A stretch of DNA of 64,000 nucleotides, from positions 165,431-229,430 of the forward strand of contig CAVUXE010000099.1 in the NCBI GenBank assembly GCA_963745235.1, in the 5' to 3' direction. The position numbers and the translations under genes were made by a program. The first letter of the stretch is position 1. Every line of letters starts with the position of its first letter. The notes under the pieces were generated by a model. The model was not told where the DNA came from. It ran no database searches and worked only from the letters and a program-made list of their open reading frames with translations. Shown one piece after another: positions 58,863 to 64,000 of this stretch. The stretch comes from an uncultured Spirochaetota bacterium. Lineage in GTDB: Bacteria > Spirochaetota > Spirochaetia > SZUA-6 > Fen-1364.

Positions 58863-59705
58863 TCAACGCGCAGCCGCCGTCCGGCGGCCAAGCCACGCAA
58901 GGTCCACGGCTCCGGTCCGCTTCGCACTCACCCGCCCCTTCGGATCTACCACAAAGGTGGAAGGATAGGCCTGCACCTCCCAGGCTCTGGCCACGGCACC
59001 CGTGCTGTCCAGGAGCACGTCCGTAACAATCCCATATTTCTTCGCGAAGGCGCGCACCGCTTCTTCTGAGGTTTCCGTAGAGGTCTGGTTAACGGAGAGC
59101 AGCACGTCGCCAGCGGCGCCTTCCCCGCGCGCAAAATCGGCGAGCGCCGGAAGCTCTGCCCTGCATGGCGGGCACCATGTGGCCCAGAAGTTCACCACCA
59201 CAACCCGGCCCCGCAGCGACGCGAGGGACACGGGATTGCCGCTCAGCGTAGGCAGGGAAAGCGCAGGGGCAAGAGGCCCGGGCGTTGTAGAATGGGCACC
59301 GACCGCTCCCAAGCCAACTCCCGCCGCAACGACCGCGGCGAAGAGGAGGAGCGGCAGAAGGCCGGCCCGTCGCAGCCTGCGTGGTCGGACAAGGGCAAGA
59401 CCGGCATAGACTGACGCGGCCACAACGCCGACCACCAGTCCGGCGATTCCCGGCGCTCCCATCAGAAGCGAAAGAGGATCATGAAAGAAATCGAGAGGAC
59501 GCAGGATGATCGGCGTCAGCTTCCAGGCCGCAAGAAAGATAACCACGGCGTTCACCAGGCGTTCGGTGAGCACGGCGCGCAAATGCCTGTGCGTACGCAA
59601 CGGGACCCGGGCAACAAGGATGGCCGCCGAAAGGCACGCGCCGATGGCAAGGAAACGGAGCGGGATTGTGTAGTGGCCGAAAGAGAGGTCGCCGGATAAA
59701 TCCAT
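58863..59705 (-). CDS. TlpA/ResA-family thiol-disulfide oxidoreductase with N-terminal multi-TM domain
   Basis: About 4 TM, then VVVNFWATWCPPCRAELP, YPSTF. Confidence 0.88.
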   Translation of the reverse strand: MDLSGDLSFGHYTIPLRFLAIGACLSAAILVARVPLRTHRHLRAVLTERLVNAVVIFLAAWKLTPIILRPLDFFHDPLSLLMGAPGIAGLVVGVVAASVYAGLALVRPRRLRRAGLLPLLLFAAVVAAGVGLGAVGAHSTTPGPLAPALSLPTLSGNPVSLASLRGRVVVVNFWATWCPPCRAELPALADFARGEGAAGDVLLSVNQTSTETSEEAVRAFAKKYGIVTDVLLDSTGAVARAWEVQAYPSTFVVDPKGRVSAKRTGAVDLAWLGRRTAAAR

Positions 59706-59875
59706 CCACTCCAACGTAGCGCTTTCGTCCAAGAATAGGAAGAATGGCGCTTGCAAAAAACGCCGCTCCTTCATCCCATCTTCATCTCGCGGTGGATACA
59801 TTCTAGCCCGCGCGAGGAACAGCGTTGCTGACTCTCCCGCAGAACACACACGGTCCGTTTGGAGGAAAAGAGCAA

Positions 59876-60485
59876 ATGATAAGAGCTGTCACACCGATTC
59901 GGTTCGGCATCGTCCTGGCCCTTGCCGCCGCGGTCCTCGTGGCCTGCGGCAACTCAGGCGGCAAGACCACAAGCGCCAGCGCAAAGGCGTGCGGCGCCCG
60001 GCGGAGCCGCAGCCGCGGTCATGGTTTCGTATTCCGGATCCGACAAGATCCTGAAAATCAACATGGCCTCCAAAACGGTCACGATTAACCTCATTGCCGG
60101 CCAAGGCACTGACGGGAAGGGCTTCAACTTCAACGGATACTCGGATGGGGACATGCACATCCAGGTCCCCACTGGCTGGCGCGTGAAGGTGAGCATGGTA
60201 GATGAATCAAACACGCCGCACAGCTCGCTGATCGTTCCGTGGGGCGAGCGGCAGGGAGGTCCTTTCCATGCCGCGTTCGCGCATTCAGCTCCGGCGGATT
60301 TCCGTTCGGGGATCGAGAAAGGCGATGATCCTCAGAGGTTCGCTTTCACCGCCAGCAAAGCCGGCCAATATGCCATTGTCTGTGGCGTGCCCGGCCACGT
60401 GGATGCCGGCATGTGGGACGCATTCGACGTTGTTGACAACCTTGTCGCGCCGCGGGTCCTGGTGAATCAGAAGACGAAGTTGTAA
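59876..60485 (+). CDS. Sulfocyanin/rusticyanin-like blue-copper lipoprotein (frameshift near 59990)
   Basis: Lipobox VLVAC; FNFNGYSDG..I.VPTGW.V, PHS, and CGVPGHVDAGMW type-1 Cu ligands. Confidence 0.8.
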
Positions 60486-60731
60486 TCGGGGCGGTGAACG
60501 GAAATCAACTCAGGAAGTTCGAGATGCGGTCCCTGATGTGGGCTTGTCTCTGTCGACATGATGGCAATGTGTCAACGGGCCGCTGTCGCCGCTCGCCACG
60601 GCCCAAAGCGCCTCGCCGGGCACTCGGATCACCCCCGCGGGGTACGCAGGGGTCCGGCGAGGCACGCTCACCCTTCCGGCGTGCAGTCGACAGGAAATTG
60701 ACTTGCATTCGGCATCGGACGTGGAGGCAGT

Positions 60732-60960
60732 CCAGATGACCAGCTTCGCCTGATCTTCACTAGCTGTCACCCCGTGCTGCCGCAGGAAGGGCGAATTGCG
60801 CTCGCGCTTCGCGAGGTATACGGCCTTACCACGGAAGAAATCGCCCACGCCTTGCTTGTATCCCTTGATACCATCACCAGGCGGATCAGCCACGCAAAGG
60901 AGCGGAGAAGGACCGAGTGGATTCCCTATGAGGTGCCCTCCCGCGGGGAGCTCGCCGACT
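60732..60960 (+). pseudogene. Remnant of an ECF sigma factor (ECF42/DUF6596-like region 4)
   Basis: PDDQLRLIFTSCHPVLPQEGRIALALREVYGLTTEEIAHALLV...RISHAK...IPYEVP; no region 2 or C-terminal domain. Confidence 0.75.
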
Positions 60961-61330
60961 ACCATCCTGTGCATTCGGCTCGCGCGGCCTCAGGCAGTCT
61001 GACAATCCGGATGTCCGCAAGAGGCTCGACGAGATGAAGACGGCCGCCGTAATGTGATCGGGTCCGGACACGGTCCGGCCATCGCCGCAGTACAATCGCG
61101 AGGCGCCGGCTTTCATACAAACAGCACTCTCATCAGGGCTGGCCGCCGACTACCTCCCGGATTTCAGATTGGAGGCGCTCGAAACCTGCGCTACGCTTTC
61201 ATTGTGGCATTCGATCGGCGTAGGATAGAGGAAATCGCTGGGGCTTACAGAACACCGGCAGAAAGAGCACATTGAAGTGGCGGATTGGGTACAGCGCGCC
61301 GAAGACGCAGAGCCCTAAAGGGAGCCTGAG

Positions 61331-62350
61331 TTGAGCAATGCGGCTCTCTCGCTGTATAGGGTGAAATTCGCTTTGGCGGCAGCTTTGTTCCTGGCCGCTT
61401 TTCCGTGTTTTCTCAGCTCCGAGGAGATTGTGCTCCATCGATTCAGTTCCGCTCAGCCCGACCGGCAACTCGAAGAGGTTTTGTATCTTGCCGCAGGTGT
61501 AGCCCTCATGCAGGCCGGCCTCACCAGCGCACAGGAAGGAGACAGCGCGGATTACATTCTGGAGGTCCGCTACACTTCAAAGAAAGACAAAACAGAGCTT
61601 CCGTATACGTTATATCGGCCCCATTCACCCAAGGACGTCCTTGCGGAGGTGACGGTCGACTCACCTGTTGACGATACTCTGGATGCCCGGGTTGCGGCCG
61701 TTATACATCGGATTCTTCAGATAGCAGGAATAGAAGCGGCCCCTTCTCCTGAGGCGGACATCGAAGGCCTCCTGCCCACTTCGCCCCCTCCGGCGATTGC
61801 CGGCGAGAAAACGAAATCCGGCGTGATCGTCGCCGCGTCATCAAGGAATACGCCGGCGCGCGAGGGCGCGCCAATGACATTCGATTCTTCGATTTCGGCG
61901 GCAGGGGTAATCTTGTTCGGCGCGATAACCGAGTTCCTCCACTACGGTGTCGGGGGTTTGCTCCGTGCAGGTGTCACCTGGCCCCAGAAGTCGTGGAGCC
62001 CGACCCTGGGCATTCAAGTCTCATTCACTCGGGCGTTCAACGACACCGGAGTGATCGGAGGACCACTCTACCTTTCCACAGTGGGTCCGATGGTGCAACT
62101 CAGTACCGGGACAAGCACACCCTACAGCGTGGCGATCGCAGTCTCGGGCGGCGCGGCACTCATAACGGTCGAGGCGTCGGCCAAGACTATGACCAAGACC
62201 GCTCCTTACGCGGATGCAGCGGTGCAAGCTGCCTTTCCAGTCGGAGGAAAGATATTCCTGGGGGCCGACGCGCGTTTTCTGGCTGTCTTTGCCGATGACG
62301 TGCTGATCATCGCCGTCGCTCCCGCCCTCGTGGCGAGAGTGGAGCTCTAG
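61331..62350 (+). CDS. Exported hypothetical protein with C-terminal beta-barrel-like region
   Basis: Signal-like N-terminus, Pro-rich linker, alternating strands ending ...ALVARVEL. Confidence 0.65.
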   Translation: MSNAALSLYRVKFALAAALFLAAFPCFLSSEEIVLHRFSSAQPDRQLEEVLYLAAGVALMQAGLTSAQEGDSADYILEVRYTSKKDKTELPYTLYRPHSPKDVLAEVTVDSPVDDTLDARVAAVIHRILQIAGIEAAPSPEADIEGLLPTSPPPAIAGEKTKSGVIVAASSRNTPAREGAPMTFDSSISAAGVILFGAITEFLHYGVGGLLRAGVTWPQKSWSPTLGIQVSFTRAFNDTGVIGGPLYLSTVGPMVQLSTGTSTPYSVAIAVSGGAALITVEASAKTMTKTAPYADAAVQAAFPVGGKIFLGADARFLAVFADDVLIIAVAPALVARVEL

Positions 62351-62490
62351 CGTGCGCAAAGGTAATCTTTCCTGGGGCGTGTCTGCACATCCATGGCACT
62401 GTCCGTTGTGATGCAGCGTAGGAACGCAAAGAGGCCTCCACTGCGGCTCGGGTTGCTTTTTCGCTGGAGCCGCTGGGGTGGACCGCGGCG

Positions 62491-63423
62491 GTGACCGAGC
62501 TGGAACCCGCATTTTTTTCGGATGTCCGCACGATGCAATACGAACAGCTATGGATTCTCTTCGGCTCGGTCGGCGCGGTGGCGGTCTTCCTCTCGATATT
62601 CATCGGCCACATTCTGCGGCCCGCGGAACGACTGACCGCCACGATCGAACGTATCGCCGCCACGAACGATCTTACGTCACGGGCCGAGGTCGAGTTTGTA
62701 GATGAGATTGGCACCCTGGCCCGCGAGTTCAACACCATGATTTCGAACCTGCAGGCCAACTACAGCAAGCTGGAAGAGACGAGCCAGGCAGAGGCGCGGG
62801 CCAGGCAGCTGGCCGTTGAGCGTGAGGCGGAAACACTCTTCCTTCTCGGGAGGGTCTCCGATTTTCGAGACACGGAGACCGGGGCGCACCTGCGCCGGAT
62901 CGGCTCCCTGTCTATTTTGCTGACCACACTGCTCGGACTGGATGAGGAAAAGCAGAAACTGATAGGGAACAGCGCACCTCTCCATGACATCGGCAAGCTG
63001 GGGGTGCCGGAGTCAATCCTTCTGAAGCCAGGCGCGCTGAGTGCCGAGGAGTCAGAGAAGATGAAGCGGCATACGATATTCGGGCACGAACTCCTGAAAG
63101 ATGCGCGCAGCATATACCTGGTTGAAGGGGCTGAGATCGCGCTGACTCACCACGAGAAGTGGGACGGCACCGGATATCCGGCGGGCTTGAAAGGCGAGGA
63201 AATACCGCTCTTTGGGCGAATCGTGAGCATTGTGGACGTGTTTGACGCGCTCACTTCGGCCCGCCCTTACAAGGAGGCGTGGAGCTTTGAGCGCGTCCGC
63301 GATTATGTCGCGGATCAGCGAGGCAAGCACTTTGATCCCCGGCTAGCTGATCTTGTCCTGGATAACTTCTCGGCCTTTCAGGAATGCATCGTTGGCAGCG
63401 CCGCTGCTGCCGACGCTCAGTAG
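62491..63423 (+). CDS. HAMP + HD-GYP phosphohydrolase (c-di-GMP phosphodiesterase-like), probably 5'-truncated
   Basis: One TM, HAMP (DEIGTLAREFN), ETGAH, LHDIGK, HHEKWDGTGYP, DVFDALTS.RPYK. Confidence 0.88.
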   Translation: MTELEPAFFSDVRTMQYEQLWILFGSVGAVAVFLSIFIGHILRPAERLTATIERIAATNDLTSRAEVEFVDEIGTLAREFNTMISNLQANYSKLEETSQAEARARQLAVEREAETLFLLGRVSDFRDTETGAHLRRIGSLSILLTTLLGLDEEKQKLIGNSAPLHDIGKLGVPESILLKPGALSAEESEKMKRHTIFGHELLKDARSIYLVEGAEIALTHHEKWDGTGYPAGLKGEEIPLFGRIVSIVDVFDALTSARPYKEAWSFERVRDYVADQRGKHFDPRLADLVLDNFSAFQECIVGSAAAADAQ

Positions 63424-64000
63424 TGAACTGGCACGCCAGAACGCGACACTCGCCTTTTCCTGATACGTAAAATGCGGATTCGCTCAAGAGAAAAGCTGCT
63501 GAATCGGCTCGGGGGAAACCGAACCTGGCTCCAATCGACGTTATGAGAAATATCGAAGCCAGAGGCACTATCGGATCTCCTTCGCGGCCTTCCCGAGGAG
63601 GCAATTGCCGCTGAGTATGAGTCTGATCAGGTTTTTTGAGAGAGGTTGGAATACCAGGCGTTGTCGACAGGAAAGTCATTACAAGGCTGCCAAGACTGAT
63701 TCTGGCTCTCGTGATGAACGCGGACACGATCGGTCGGGAGTCATTCAACAAACTGTAAGCGGTCTTGATATCGGCGGTGGCAAGGGAGCCGACAACCCAG
63801 CAAGGGCTGTAGGCGGACACAATCACAGTCGTAGAGACGCGGACAGCGCAGCACGCTTTTTCAGCCGCCGGCTACCCGCGCGTACGCGAGCGCCATATTC
63901 GCCCTTTCGCTGCCCCGCGGCATGCCCGAACTTCTGCAGGATCCCGGCGTGCAGTCCGTCGGGATCATCCAATAGCTGGCTCATCACCGGTCCGCTCGTG

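Noticed and set aside
63495-63570. GCTGAATC...CGGGGGAAACC resembling the 5' end of a c-di-AMP (ydaO) riboswitch
   Set aside because: The downstream conserved elements (GGGGTGAATC, CCGTCAGCTAACC) are absent.
63251-63826. 191-aa minus-strand ORF
   Set aside because: Overlaps the HD-GYP gene antisense, has atypical composition and no recognisable domain.

Overview
High-GC bacterial chromosomal segment, most likely from a free-living spirochaete (Spirochaetota). That call is inferred from the gene set and order: V/A-type ATPase operon G-C-I-K-F-E, pgk-tpiA-secG, spirochaete-type LptD and TPR proteins, and the pentapeptide/MBL pair. About 1-28 kb is housekeeping, mostly on the minus strand: V-ATPase, PTS IIA, secG, tpiA, pgk, ybeY, 7TM-HD phosphodiesterase, phoH, lptD, uvrA, mutS2, rsgA, murI, rluD, yggS. 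About 29-34 kb is a quinone/respiration module (MenA-like prenyltransferase, Ndh2-type NADH dehydrogenase with a C-terminal membrane domain, polyprenyl synthase) resembling the core of the flavin-based extracellular electron transfer locus. Its Ndh carries a Cys4 insert and an Ala-rich repeat array with [ST]GA[ST]-like motifs. About 40-48.4 kb is the best candidate for an undescribed system: a sugar-type ABC importer, two paralogous creatininase-family amidohydrolases, two DegT-family PLP aminotransferases and a Hyi-like TIM-barrel isomerase, with palindromic operator candidates. I interpret this as catabolism of an N-substituted (di)amino sugar or aminocyclitol. About 48.5-64 kb is accessory: bfr, GNAT, VOC, STAND-LuxR regulator, DinB, DUF362, typA, TlpA, a sulfocyanin-like blue-copper lipoprotein, HD-GYP and several gene remnants. 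At least 14 genes, including essential ones, carry small indel frameshifts, which most likely reflects long-read assembly error rather than pseudogenisation. I saw no rRNA, tRNA, CRISPR array or intact mobile element. All family calls come from motif recognition by eye; no database searches were run.
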